Assembly (NCBI RefSeq): GCF_006345805.1
Contig: NC_043000.1
Location: 40,362,001-40,426,000, forward strand
Origin: Octopus sinensis
Lineage: Eukaryota
DNA length: 64,000 nucleotides
Direction: 5' to 3'
In this document: positions 11,234 through 24,904 of the stretch, one piece after another
How the letters are laid out: every line of letters starts with the position of its first letter
How positions within the stretch are numbered: the stretch's first letter is position 1
Position numbers and translations under genes: made by a program
The notes under the pieces: model-generated
Told to the model about the DNA's origin: nothing
The model's database searches: none
The model's input: the letters and a program-made list of their open reading frames with translations, nothing else

Positions 11234-12465
11234 TTGGGTTGTCCGGAAAGTTCGTGCCGATTTATAGTAGCTTACCTTTCGACTTATTTTAGAACATGGT
11301 CGAATCCATAAAATAGGTTTTGACTACACCTCCATTTAGAGCACAGTTTAAGCTATCTTTCCGTGGAAGAAGGTTTATGTTTCTATGACCTGAGTCAATT
11401 CTGTAACCCTTTAAAATGGAAGATAAGAAAGTTCATTTTCGGCACTTGATGCTTTTCTTTTTCCGTAAAATGAAAAATGCCTCACAAGCAACCAAAGAAA
11501 TATGCGCAGTTTACAGTGATGTTGCATTATCCGAAAGAACTGGGCGGAAGTGGTTCGCAAGGTTCCGAGCTGGAGATTGTAGCCTTATTGATAAAGAGCG
11601 ATCAGACAGACCATCCACTACAGATGATGACCAAATCAAGTCATTAATTGAGAATAGCCCACATTGCACAACCCGAGAATTTGCAGAAAGCCTCAACCTA
11701 TCAAAATCCGTCGTTCATGAGCACCTGGTAAAGCTTGGGTACACAAATCGCTACGATGTTTGGGTACCACATGAGTTGAGTGAGAAAAACATTTTGAATC
11801 GCATTTCCATCTGTGATTTGCTTAATAAACGGAATGAAAACGCGCCTTTTTTAAAGCAAATTGTGACAGGTGATGAGAAATGGATTATCTACTGAAATGT
11901 TCAAAGAAAGCGATGCTGGAGTAAGCAACATGAGCCACCCTTAGCCACCCCAAAAGCTGATCTTCACCCTAAAAAAGTCTTGCTTTGTGTCTGGTGGGAA
12001 TGGAAAGGAATTCTGTACTATGAGCTTCTACCAAGTAACCAGACAATCAATTCTGAGAAATACTGCACACAACTGAACGAGTTAATAGCAGCAATTCAAG
12101 AAAAATGTCCAGAATAGGCCAGCGGGAAGAGTGCTTTGGGAACTAGACAAAAATTGCTGCAGTTCGACTGGGATGTGTTACTTCACCCTCCATATTTACC
12201 AGATATTGCTCCTTCGGATTTTCACTTATTCAGGTCTCTGCAGAATAATCTTAATGGTTAAAATTTCAATTCCTTGGATGATGTAAAAAGATACCTTGAT
12301 GAATTCTTTGCCATGAAACCATCCCAATTCTGAGAAGGGTATTTTCAAGTTAAAGGAAAGATGGAGACGCATTGTGCAACAAAATGGTTCATATTTAGCT
12401 GATTAAAAATGTAATGGCAAGTATTTATTGACCTTTTTCTTTCATTTTCTTCCCGGACAGCCCAA
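11234..12465 (+). mobile_element. Mariner transposon (mellifera-subfamily-like), defective
   Basis: TIRs TTGGGTTGTCCGGAA / TTCCCGGACAGCCCAA with TA duplication; ORF 11416-11895 with HTH, WVPHEL and IVTGDEKW ends at a premature stop; downstream HPPYLPDIAPSDFHLF remnant. Confidence 0.92.
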
Positions 12466-12664
12466 TATTTAACTATTATCCTCGACTAAACCATATATTT
12501 AGACATCTGTTGTTTTTGTTTTCCGGTGAAATGGGACGTTTCAACTTGAGAAAGATATAGCAGCTTATTCTCGCGCGTCATTGTTCTTGATATTCATTAT
12601 AGATAGTCGTTGTTTTAATATTGTTTACTCAGGGCTGCTTTTGCTGATGGTGATGATGATTGCT

Positions 12665-12810
12665 TCTAACTCAGGCAGAAGTTTGGATATATGAGAGAGG
12701 GGTACAGTCGATTAAATCATTCCCCAGTACTTGTCTGGAACTTTATTTATCGACCTCGAAATCAGAAGAAAGGCACAGTTGACCAAGGTGTTATTTGAAC
12801 AAAGAAATTA
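12665..12810 (-). mobile_element. Decayed SINE family B fragment
   Basis: AGTCGATT..ATC..CCCCAGT...TTTATCGACCTCGAA...AAAGGCA matches the family B reverse complement. Confidence 0.55.
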
Positions 12811-13944
12811 TAGAGTCCGAATAAAAAAAAACCACATGGCATGTTGATGATGACGATGATGGTGATACCAATGTTGGTGATGTCGCTCGTGTTAACGAAG
12901 TTGATGACGATGATGATGACCACGAAGATGATGATGATGAAGTGGATATGATTTAGAGATGCTTCTCAAACAGTATTGTTCTTTCAAAAACGCACACACG
13001 CACGCACACACACACACACACACACACGCACACATACATATACAGAACGAACGAGGGGAGAGGAAGACACACATAAATATTATATTTTTGATTCCACTAA
13101 TCTGCCTCTCCTCATCCTCCAATACCCTGTACTAAATTGCCTTCTTTTTCTCTACTGATCTTCATCTCCTTTGCTGCTATTCCTTGCATCCATTCGCCAT
13201 TTCCTTCCTCGGAATCCCTCAGCATTTTTCAACAAAATATAAATAATTTACAGAAATTAATGGAAATTTTCCAATATCCCGCTAAACCATCACACTCCCC
13301 TCCCCCTCCCCTTCGCACACACTGCTCCCCACAACTACATTTTTACTATTTCACACTACTATCAGCATATCGATCTCCAACCTCAACCAACTTCACCGCC
13401 ACCACCGCCATTGGCACCTTTACCATTACCTCAACCACCATCACCTCCACCACTATCACCACCTTCACCACCTTCACCACCACCACCATCATTACTGCTA
13501 CCGCCGCCTCATCCTCCTCCTCCACCACCACATCCACCATCATTATAACCTCCACCACCATCACTACCACTACCGCCTTCTCCTCCACCACCATCACCAC
13601 CGCCACCACCACCAATACCTTCATGCTCAGCTGCTATGCTTGCCTTCAAGCATCACAACAACCAGTACAACTGCCATCTTTAGCATTCTCACCTCTATCC
13701 GCTTTCTTTTCACCACGACTACTACCAATTCCATCCCTATCACTACCATCACCAGCACCATTCGCTACCATCACAAAATGACGAACCACCACCACCACCA
13801 CCTCTACAATATGACATTCCTCAACCACTCCAATGTGGCACACATCTACCACTAAAAGTTTGCACTCCTGTGCCACAAGAATGTGATACTCCTGTTCTTC
13901 GATGAAATATATATATACATGTGTGTGTGTGTGTGTGTGTGTTT

Positions 13945-14235
13945 GTGAAGGCACATGGCATAGTGGTTAAGGTGTTGCACTCACGATTGCTAGATCGTGG
14001 GTTCGATTCCCAGACCGGGAGTTGCGTTGTGTCCTTAAGCGCAAAGCACTTCATTTCACGTTACTCTGCGATCATTTCGATATCTGACATGTAGCACTGA
14101 GTTGCACCTGTACAAGTAATGTCGATTTGATGGAGGGATGAGCTTATGTCTACACAAGCATTTGATCAGATTAAACAAATCTTCGGTAAGAAATTGTCAA
14201 CCCTCATACGTCGTCTAACGACGGAAGAGACCGCT
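13945..14235 (+). mobile_element. tRNA-derived SINE, family C-like head
   Basis: GGCACATGGCATAGTGGTTAAGG A-box, GGTTCGATTCCC B-box, TTGTGTCCTTAAGC...CACTTCATTTCACG core. Confidence 0.65.
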
Positions 14236-14240
14236 ATGTG

Positions 14241-14289
<49 letters not shown>

Positions 14290-14290
<1 letters not shown>

Positions 14291-14498
14291 TCTCACTATA
14301 GGCACAAGGCCTGAAATGTTATCGGGTGTGGATCCAGCCGGTTACATCAATCCCGGTGTTTAGCAAGTAATTATTCTATTAACTACGAAAGGATGAACGG
14401 TATTGGTGGCACCTTGGGCAAGTGTCTTCTACAATAGCCTCGGACCGACCAAAGCTTGTGACAGGATTTGATGTCGGAAACTGAAAGAAACCCGTCGT
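14290..14498. mobile_element. Adjacent partial SINEs: family B (minus, 14290-14400) and family A (plus, 14405-14498)
   Basis: CTATAGGCACAAGGCCTGAAAT (family B tail, reversed) followed by GGCACCTTGGGCAAGTGTCTTCTAC (family A body). Confidence 0.65.
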
Positions 14499-14571
14499 GT
14501 ATATATATATATATATACACACACACAAATATATATACATACACTCACATACATATATATATATATTATAT

Positions 14572-14615
<44 letters not shown>

Positions 14616-14634
14616 AATATATATACATACACTC

Positions 14635-14728
<94 letters not shown>

Positions 14729-14814
14729 ATATGCGCGCGCACACACACACATATATATGTTCATATCCAGACGTGTGAGTAGAGAAAGATATAATCGTTA
14801 TCCAAACCCTTGCT

Positions 14815-14989
14815 TCATGCCCGCAGAAGGTCCTCGATTCGCTTACGGAAAACTACTTCGAGGCCGGATTCCAAAAGTGGCAGGAAAGCTGCGCAATGTG
14901 ACTTTCTCGAAGGAGATGGTGTTAAAACTCAATAAATAAGTTACTTTTCATTAAACATAACTAGTCCGGGAACCTTTTGTACCATCTCG
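14815..14989 (+). mobile_element. Mariner transposase 3' fragment with right TIR
   Basis: QKVLDSLTENYFEAGFQKWQES...EGDGVK C-terminal pattern, then AGTCCGGGAACCTTTTGTACCATCTCG plus TA. Confidence 0.65.
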
Positions 14990-16198
14990 TAGATGAACGA
15001 CAGTCTATGTATTCGTCAGCAGTAGTAGTCATGACTGTTTCATTAATAATAATCACTTCGAAATCACATGGGTTTGATTCCACCGCATGGCACAGGAAAA
15101 CGGATCAAGAAATACATACAGAAATAATTACATATCTATTTACATATTAAACTTAAAATTTTCGCTTTAATACCAGTGTTCATCAATGAATAAAAGAGTA
15201 TTGAAAATTATCATTATTATATACACGCTTTTAGTAATCACAATTGCTTTTTCCGTTTCCTATTTTTTACATCATTTACGTTCTAAATTTGATATTTCCT
15301 ATACAAATTCACTGAGCACGGCCGTAAACTGTTCCTTCCACGAAAATACGTTTTGAAATGTTTCTTTAACAGGAAATCTAACGTTGGTATAGTTCAGTTT
15401 AAATAACAAATCTAAAATGTTTACAAGAGGAGATAACTTTTGGCACCTAAGCGTATATTAATGGCGGTACGTGACAGAGTGCAAAGCCATAAAGAGAAAT
15501 ATTGATGCATACACTATAAAAAAATGAGAGAGAGGGTGGAAGAGGGGGTGAGAGAGAGAGAAAAAAAGAAGGGCATCGAAGAGGAAGTCAAAAATAAAAG
15601 CAGCATAAAGTAAATGAAAGGTCAATAAAAAGAGGAAATTGAATACAACAGATAAGAGATAGAGAAAAGGAATATATATATATATAGAATGTATCTGTGC
15701 ATGTGCGCGTGCGCTTCTGTGTTTTTTATGTATTTTGAGAAGTATCTGTTTATAAATGCTATTATTAGAATGTAAAAGATTTTTCATTTCGAATTCAGTA
15801 TCAATACAGCACTTTGTGAAGTTTACATACAAAAGATGGTTGTATTAAGCATGACAGCATATTCGTTCCGAACCATTTCGCTTAACCTTTCTCTATTTCC
15901 TTTTTTGTTCCTTCTCTGACAGCCATATTTGGCGATTACACCAGCGTGTATATATATATATAAGTAACGAAATCTAAACTTAAATTTATATATGTTTATT
16001 TTTTTAAAGTATATATCACTTGATTCGTTTTAGCAATGTTCTATTATTGATACATGTCTATTTACACATATACAAAAGTACATATATGCATGCTCGCCTA
16101 TGAACATGCACAAACACACACGCGCACACACATACACGCACACACACAGACTTATACACACTCACACACACACATACAAATATATGCTAGCATAATAT

Positions 16199-16511
16199 AG
16201 GCGCCGGAGTGGCTGTGTGGTAAGAAGTTTGCTTCCCAACCACGTAGTTCCAGATTCAGTCCCACTGCGTGGCACCTTGGGCTTCTACTATAGCCTCGGG
16301 TCGACCAAAGCCTTGTGAGTGGATTTGGTAGACGGAAATTGAAAGAAGCCTACCGTATATACGTATACATATGTATGTAGGTGTTTGTTGTTTGAGTCTG
16401 TGTTTGCCCCCCCCCCCCCACCGCTCGACAACCGATGTTGGTGCATTTATGTCCTCGTGACTTAGCGGTTTGGCAAAAATAGACCGATAGAATAAGTACT
16501 AGACTTACAAA
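16199..16511 (+). mobile_element. SINE family A, lacking the 3' tail
   Basis: GGCGCCGGAGTGGCTGTGTGGTAAG head and standard body; abuts an inverted fragment of its own middle at 16508-16580. Confidence 0.85.
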
Positions 16512-16679
16512 CACACCAGCATCGGTTGTCATGCGATGTTGAGGGGACAAACACAGACACACAAACATATACACACACATGCACGCACACACACACACAC
16601 ACACACACACGCACAAAAGCACACACGCACACACACACACACACACATATATATATACATCCGAAGTCAGGACGCCATG

Positions 16680-16870
16680 ATAGATCGTTAGCTCCTACAC
16701 GCATTTTTTTTCTCTCCTTGTTTTTGTTCTGTGTATCTTTCTGTCGAAGAGCGTACGCTCGAAACGTAAAAGACTTTTTCTATTTCTATTCCTTAGCACT
16801 ATACTAATAGATTTGTTTGTTTGTACTCCACCTGCCTTCGTCTTTTGATTATTTTCGTAAACTTTCCCGT
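16680..16870 (+). mobile_element. Penelope-type terminal-repeat module, family H2
   Basis: Homologous to 39300-39480 (GAGCGTA.GCTCGAA.CGT.AAAGACTTTTTC...CACCTG.CTTCGTCTTTTG). Confidence 0.6.
16736..16773 (+). ncRNA. Minimal type I hammerhead ribozyme-like motif
   Basis: UCUUU-CUGUCGA-A-GAGC-GUAC-GCUC-GAAA-CGUA-AAAGA. Perfect 5-bp stem I, stem II, GUA triplet; the core has A6U. Confidence 0.55.
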
Positions 16871-16892
16871 TATATATATATATATATATATA

Positions 16893-17000
16893 TCACTTGA
16901 TCACTTGACCGACCAGTCCGTCAGGCGTCCATTTGATACCGCTGGTCACAGCACGCTGTCCACTCCTCTCTGGATCGTGCTTTTCTCATCCACGTGATCC
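16893..17000 (-). mobile_element. Possible RTE-clade LINE 3' end fragment
   Basis: Minus strand WMRKARSREEWTACC resembles RTE ORF C-termini (W..AR.R..W). Confidence 0.35.
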
Positions 17001-17020
17001 CATATATGTATATGAACTCC

Positions 17021-17058
<38 letters not shown>

Positions 17059-17090
17059 AACACATATATATATATATAAGGAACACAGAA

Positions 17091-17358
17091 GACGAGCTTC
17101 TTTCACTTTCCGTCTACCAAATCTACTCGCAAGGCTTTGGTCGGCCAGAGGCTATAGTAGAAGACACTTGCCCAAGGTGCTACGCAGTGGGACTGAACCC
17201 GGAACCATGTGGCTGTGTTGTCGGGCGTGGTGGGGGGACAAACACAGACACAAACAACAAATACATACATACATATGTATACGTATATACGGTAGGCTTC
17301 TTTCAGTTTCCGTCTACCAAATCAACTCTACTTACCACACAGCCACACTTGCGCCTAT
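17091..17358 (-). mobile_element. SINE family A 5' part with an internal insertion (17216-17325)
   Basis: Head at 17326-17358; body at 17091-17215. Confidence 0.8.
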
Positions 17359-17384
17359 ATATATATAATAAACACATAGATTGG

Positions 17385-17457
<73 letters not shown>

Positions 17458-19884
17458 TATGACAGTGAGAAAGAATTTGGGAAGGACTATATTTCATATG
17501 TTACATTCAGCTATCCTCATATTATTGACCCTACTTTTTCTTTATTACTTCATTATTCTTGCCCTCCCCTTCGCGCCTTTATCTGTCAATCTCTGCACCC
17601 TTTTCTTTCTGACTCTCGCTGACTTTCATTATTCATGCGTCCCTATTCTCTGTTCATGACTTTGGATCTAGTCTTTCTCATTCGCAAACTGATCTCCCCA
17701 CCCTTAATTTTGCTCAGATTGCTTTCAGTTTTGGTGTATCAATGCAAAGTTTGATTACGATCAACCAATTACTTTATATCGTAAATTAAAGAATCTGATG
17801 TTATTTGGAATTAAAGTTGGGAAATTTGAGCAATTATAGCCAATCAACAGACAGCGTGGTATTAGCAACTTGTTACCATGACGACCGCACGCTGTGTTGT
17901 GGTTCACTGTTTGTTGATTTTTCACACTTGATTCTTCACACCACGAGATTCTTTTCGCCCGCGTGTTTTGTTTTAATTTTTCTGTGTTAGTATATTACAT
18001 ATTTTTCTGTGCTTCTGTGTGTTAGTATTTTTCTGTACTTTTCTGTCTGTGAGTTAGTAGTTTTACATATTTTTCATCTCATATATTTTGGGGACTCATT
18101 GACTCAGATGGCTGGATTTATGATTTCACTAGTTTAATTCTATTCATAAAAATTTAAATTAGGAGTAGGAATATCGTGGACCAGGGACACTGTGGGTGAT
18201 ACAGATAATTTGACATCATTTTTGAATTCTGTATGCAAAAACATATAAGATACAGTTATTCTTTTTATCTTTGGACAAATTTTCTGTTGAGCAGTGTTAT
18301 TCTTATCGTAGTTTAAAAAGCCAAGCATGAAAACGTTAGTCAACTTTGGGGTTTCGGAGACAGACGACCCTTTTTCACACACACACTGACACACACACGC
18401 ACACACACATACACTTATATATTAATAATGTACACAAATACATGACAGGTATACATAATACTGAAATACGCATGAAGTAAATAAATGCAGACAAATACAT
18501 TAATATAACAAATTTAAAAAAAAAGATAAGAAATGAATCAATGAAGAAAACAGTAAGATGATACGTGTTGGTTTTATTAGGTATTTCTGTTTATCTAGAA
18601 ACCTACAATGAACAGGTCAGACGCTAAACTATAAATTTTACAGGATACAACCTTAATGTTGACACCGCTCCGCTAAACGCAGAAAATTTTTATCACACTA
18701 TTGGCTAAAAATAACCAGTTTTTTTCGGTTTTTAATCTCTGTAAATTTTTTCCCTGCAACATCATACCTCCAAAGCAATAAGACTGGAAGGCTACATTAT
18801 TATAGCCGATTTTCAGACTTTTTACTTTCTTTTGCGAATGAAAAAAATTAGATCCATGATTTTCTACCCTGTCGCCTACACTATTAATATATTGTGTGAT
18901 CTAATGTCGAAAGTTATCACCTTTGGTTTACATTTAATATTTCTTTCCATTTTAAGTCAACATTATTAAAGTAAACTAACACCAAAAAATTCATTGTAAA
19001 TCATAGATGTTCAAACCAGCTTAGTACATACATGTATATCTTACAACAATCTATAACGATGTTGTGGTTAATGTTGTTGACGTTTAATCCATGTGTGGAA
19101 GCTACATTTTATTTTCCTGGCTGAGATTCGAAACCGAATGTAAGAATTCTCGCTCGCCGGTTCTACCCGCCATTTGCTAACCAAGCGAGAAGATCGTTCT
19201 GTCCTGTCAAAGTGAATGATGAGTTTCCACTCGACCTCCGACCTGGCTGTGTCACGGAGAGTACAAATGGACAGCAAGTAACCTAAATGAACATAAGCTA
19301 CTCTTATAACGGTATACCCATCCCTCTGGCTAGAATGGGCCATTATAAATACCAGTTCCGTAGGCAGATACGTGTATTGTGTGTATCCTAAATGTGGTAA
19401 ACAGGCAGAATTATAGATCGCTTGAAGCAAATGCTTTGCGCTATTTATTCAGGTCTTTTATATCCAGTTTTCAAATCTCGCCGAGGTCAAATATGCCTGT
19501 CTGTGAGTCGAGAAAATAATGTACGAGTCAAGTACAAGGGTTGATTTAATCAACTGATTGAACAGCCCGACTTCAAGTTTATATATAAATATATATATAC
19601 GCATATATATATTTATCTATCTGTCTATATATATATATATATATAATTTTATCTGTCAATATACATCAAGAAAAGTTATGACAAAGGAATAATATACATA
19701 CATGCACAATGCATATATTAAGTGTGTGTATGCGTATATGTGCGTGCGTGTAAACGTATGTATGTATGTATGTATGTATGTATGTATGTATGTATGTATG
19801 GGTGTACGCGTCTTCATAATGAAATGCATGAATGCATATATAGGTATGTATACATATTATAATATATATACATACATACATAAA

Positions 19885-20995
19885 TAGTGGGTGCAATGGG
19901 TAAATTCTCGCCATTCTATACTTTTAATTTCGCACATGCGCATTGTTTATTTTTGATTTTTCGACGACGCAGTACAGTAATGTCAGTTGGGCACCATCTG
20001 TGAGAAAAACAGTTTCATGACGCAATTCACTCTGCCAGAAATTTGGAAACGACATGCTGTACTGCTTGGCATTAGCGCCGGAAGCTCCAATACGAACATT
20101 TCAGAGTGTTTGGTTGTCAATCTGAGGACAGTGCAAGGCACAGAACTGGCAGAAACGTTAGCACGCCAGGCGAAATGCTTAGCGGTATTTCGTCCGTCTA
20201 AAGAAATAGGTATTTCGTCCGTCTTTACGTTCTGGGTTCAAATTCTGCCGAGGACGACTTTGCTTTTCATCCTTTCGGGGTCGATGAATTAAGTACCAGT
20301 CGCGTACTGGGGTCGATCTCATCAAATGGCCCCTTCCCCAATAATTTCAGGCCTTGTGCCTATAGTAGAAAAGAATCTGACGACATGTACCGTGAGTGAT
20401 AAAAATCAAACATCCAGTCAACATCATGGTGTTTGGAGTGATCAACTAGTGATGGCGACATTATGACTATTCATCTTCCCACACGGCTTCAGACTCAACA
20501 CAGAGTCGTATATCAAGTGCCTGGAGGAGGTAGTGCTACCTTGCGTGAAGAGGGTGGCTGCTGGAACACCCTATGTCTGACAACAGGACTCTGGACCATG
20601 CCACACTAGCAGGAGAACCCAGTCATGGCTGTCAGTTTCTGCGACCACATCGTCCCTAACATCAGGCCACCTAACTCTCCAGACTGCAACCTCCTTGATT
20701 ATTATGTGGGGGGCGCAGTTGATCGAGAGACCAACAAAACTCCTTGTAACACCAATGATGAACTGAAGGCAAGGATTATGGCAGCATTCACCAACTTAAA
20801 CAAGGAGATCGTCCAGAAGAACTGCAGGAGATTCCGAAGTCGTCTGGAAACCAATGGCGATTTTATCGAACAAATTTACTGTTTATTATTTCAAGATATT
20901 TTTATGTAATTTTGGTAAATGTATCTGTTAAAATGAGATGTCAGTATTATATTCAATTTCGCGTAATTTAGACGACAGCTTATTCATCGTAGTCT
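19885..20995 (+). mobile_element. Decayed DD37D (maT-type) Tc1/mariner-superfamily transposon with a nested SINE
   Basis: Remnants KHPVNIMVFGV, QQDSGPCHTSRRTQSWL and RPPNSPDCNLLDYYVGGAV..ELKARIMAAF; ends are only weakly TIR-like, so boundaries are approximate. Confidence 0.75.
20136..20375 (+). mobile_element. SINE family B nested in the maT element
   Basis: Full head-to-tail match with the 7954 copy; contains a 25-bp internal duplication/insertion. Confidence 0.85.
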
Positions 20996-21381
20996 ATATA
21001 TATATAGGGAGAGAGAGAGAAAAAGAGAGAGAGAGAGGGGGAGGGGGAGAGAGACAGACAGACACAGAACGAGTAAGAAATGGCGAAATTAGAGGAGAAG
21101 TGGGCAGAAAAAATAAGCATTGGCAAATATTGGTAAGGACAGAAATAGGTATATATTTACTGCAACTTATTAGTAACAATGCCAGAAACTGTTATGGAAT
21201 TGGCCAGGGAATTCTTCAGTTGAAAAATAGATGTGAAGTTATGAATTGGAATATGGCAATAATACTCGATGCTCTATTACCTGAAACAATATAGAATCTA
21301 TAAAAGTAATAGATCAAAGAGATATGCATGCATACACACGCGCACATACACACACACACACGTACACATATGTATATATAT

Positions 21382-21418
<37 letters not shown>

Positions 21419-22179
21419 CTGTTTATATGTATATGTGCACATATATGTATAAATTCTACGTGCATGTATGTATATATATATATATTTATATATATATACA
21501 CATATATATACTTACATATGCATATACAAACACATATATATATATACATACATACACGTAAAATTTATACATATATATACATATACATATATACACACAC
21601 ACGCATACATATATGCGCATACATATATGTATATAAATTCTACATGAATATATATTTATATATGGACTGTGTATGCTTATTCGTGTATATGAGTATGTGT
21701 ACATGTGATGAAAAATACATGCATAAACATACATGCGCACATGTGCAAAGGGATACACTTGGATACGTTTATGCATATATGACTAAATGTATGCATGTTT
21801 GCATTGTGTGTATATAATTTTTCTTCTATACATTATATATATATGCATGTGTGAGTGTGTGTGTGTGTATCTGTGTATGAATGCATGCAGATATAAACAT
21901 ATATACGTATGTGAATGCTTATATTCATCTATTTACACACACACACACACACACACGCACACACACATTTACACGCATGCAGCAAACCTTAGCCTATATT
22001 TGCATTCCAACTTCGCTTAATTATGTATCACTTCATTACTTTAATATCACCATATTGCTTTCTACATCTCCAAAGGCTGTCGCCAACTTTTCAACATAAA
22101 CAAATAATGCGTTATGGTATAACGTTGTGTGTATATTAATCTAGAAAGAAAATAACCCGGAGTGCCATTATAACAACAA

Positions 22180-23570
22180 CGTGTCTACTCCACCATCCGT
22201 CATCTCGTCGCCTCCTTTCACATACCCACACGCTTCATCATAAAGTCTCCCCATTTCCATAATTTACATTCTCCCTAAAATCCAGAAACACCGCAAACCT
22301 GGCCGCCCTATTGTCTCCGCCTACATCCGTCTCTTTGAACTTATCTCCGCCTACCTTGATATTATCTTCTTACCCTTGATGGCTGCATTTCCCTCTCACA
22401 ATCACAATATCAACAATGCACTGCATCTCTTAAACTTTTCCTTTTCTCTCCGGTTTCCAATTACTTCAGCATGATCATCATCACTTTATTATACCGCCAT
22501 CCTTCTCGACGAAGACATCCGCGCCGCCAATTTTTATCCAAGTGTTTCCCCTCTTTCCCTTAGACTAAGTTGTATTTACACTTGATTGTTTCTTTTTTGT
22601 GTGTGTAAAGCATATTACTGGATTGGCCATGGACACAATAAAGAGCCCCAAATACACCAACCTATTCGTAGGTTACGGTTTGTTTCAAATCTTTTTCAGT
22701 TCATTGGTCTCGTTTCAGAGATCTACAGCTCCTTCTGTCACAAGCAACTAAACTTTTTCAACTCTCTTGTCAGTTCATTTCACTCGTATCTTCAATGTAC
22801 CTCCTCCATCTCTGAAACCGTAGTCAATTTCCTTGACATCATTTGTTTTATTTAAAACCATCGACTTCCACTTCTGATTCGGATTCTGATTTTTCCTTCT
22901 CCAACTCAACTTGCACTAAACACATTATCCTAGGCTCTTACTTTCTCTGTTTCCACCGTGTCTGATGTACACTCATCAACTATATTAATGCACTGAAGTG
23001 CTCCCTCTGCTTTTCAATTTACATCGGCAAATTGACAGCCAAATGTCTCTTCTTTGTTGGTGGAGAGATTTCTCAGCGAATAAAATTGTTAAGAAAAATT
23101 TGAGCAAACATTGTTCATGACAGGGTTCCAATTTACTGCCACAGTTAAGAAAGACACCTGTTTCTGTCGCTCTATCATAATTTAACCTTTCGTCACCTGA
23201 CATAAAGCCTCCTCAATACTACACCCCTACTCAGTTGAGGGGTCCTATCTTGTAAGTTATTTGATGATCTTACTAGTGCTTGGTATGTGAAAAAGCACTC
23301 AGTGCCCTCTGTAAAGGGATTGGAGTAAGGAAGCACACAGTACCCTCTGTAAAGAGATTCGTAGATCATCTCACAGACAATCCACTTCACAACAGGTCGC
23401 CTGTTGCTTAACATTTCTGCTCTGTCAGCCTCTGCATTCCAGTATCTTTCAGTCTATGGTTTGGCCTCCAACATCGAATCCCCAACCGTTCGCTTCTAAA
23501 AGAAACGGAAGCTCTTTTTTCTTTATAGTCTAAATTATTACTCTCAGTTTACTAAACTCGGATTCTCACA
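22180..23570 (+). mobile_element. Decayed Penelope-like element (RT plus GIY-YIG)
   Basis: YILPKIQKHRKPGRPIVSAYIRLFELISAYLD at ~22265 (PLE RT motif 1), SISETVVNFLDI at ~22800, KCSLCFSIYIG at ~23000 and PVA.HF at ~23400. Confidence 0.8.
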
Positions 23571-23814
23571 CTGACATGCCCTCACGTTACCTCATACTCC
23601 TTCCTTGTGCACACACTTATATCCATAATCCTTATTCTCACGCTCACAAACATACTAACATATCGCCCTCAGCATCTACCCTTTCACATTTGACCGTAAT
23701 CCTCCACACTCGACATACAACGTCTACAAACCACACCCAACTCTTAACCTTAGTTTATATGCTTTTGCATATATAATTATTTTCTCACTTTACATTACAC
23801 TCACACACACACAC

Positions 23815-23925
23815 ACGCACATGTTGGGTTTCTGCACAGTTTTCGTCTACCAAATTCTCTTCTTCCCACTATTTCGATCGGCCTTGGGTTATATAAAAAA
23901 GCTCTTACCCAAAGTGCCGCACAAC
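23815..23925 (-). mobile_element. Decayed SINE family A fragment
   Basis: GGGTTTCTGCACAGTTTTCGTCTACCAAATT...CCCAAAGTGCC matches the family A reverse complement. Confidence 0.55.
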
Positions 23926-24904
23926 CATTCCTTTCTTCAATATACATTCATAATTGCTTATTTACAAACCCTCCTATATATTCATATCATTTTAATATTC
24001 AACCCTATGCATTTTCCTTCTTTCTATTTCACTTAACCTTATAATTTCTCTCTATCTCTTCCGTTCATATAATTATACTGATTTCCCTTCTACTCTATAC
24101 TCAATTCCATATTTAAGTGTCACTCTCCGCTTAATCATTCAGAACTCAAGATTATTACTTTCTGACATTTTACTCACTCTAACGTTTACACTTTTACAAA
24201 CAACCAATTGCATCATAACATAATCCCACAAAATAAAACTACAAAATTCTACTCTTTATTAATCAATTAATTCGACTAACTACAAACACTATTAACCATC
24301 AAGAATTAAAGTCTCTTAGCATTTAATTCCTAGCATGGAATTCCTATAATCCCCATTCTAAACCTATTTGTTTCCTACAATTATCCTTTAATTTCATATA
24401 TAAATATTTTTTTTCAATTTGCCTAACCCTAATTCGTTTAACTTCTTACAAATGGCATTTACTACTGACATTCTATTTCGTTGAACCGACTGACTGATCC
24501 AAGATAAGACCTCTTTTACTTATTGTACTCATTTATTTCTCCAGATTAGCAGTAACTTTATATCTACACTCTACTCCATAAATTAATTCTCCATCTTAAA
24601 TATTTTTTATGTATTTATTTGTTTATATAACATTGCAAATCTTCTTGAAATCCACAAACAGTTAAAATTTTCCAATATTAAATAAACATAGTAACTTTTA
24701 ATTATATTTTACGAACACAGGCAAGCACTCTCATCTTTCTTTTCTTGTATTCAGATTCCTCTTTTTCTCCCCCACCCCACCTAAAGAGGAAATATAGACG
24801 TTTATATGAGTTACTTCACTTTCTTCAATAAATAACACCAAATTTTGGAAAAATATCCGTTAACTTTTCGGAAACGATCCGGTAATTCTATAACTCATAT
24901 GCAT

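Noticed and set aside
11416-11895. Possible SETMAR-like host gene (also considered for 61201-62026)
   Set aside because: No SET domain; both lie between TIRs with TA duplications and carry stops or frameshifts.
13137-13954. Thr-, His- or Val-rich long ORFs (also 28176-28808, 29196-29465, 49955-50483, 55672-56078) suggesting mucin-like exons
   Set aside because: Degenerate CAC/CAT/TAC trinucleotide tracts open in several frames on both strands, with no flanking unique coding sequence.
13945-14030. tRNA-like A/B-box sequences (also ~19110-19185 on the minus strand, and other SINE heads)
   Set aside because: No complete cloverleaf; they continue into SINE bodies.
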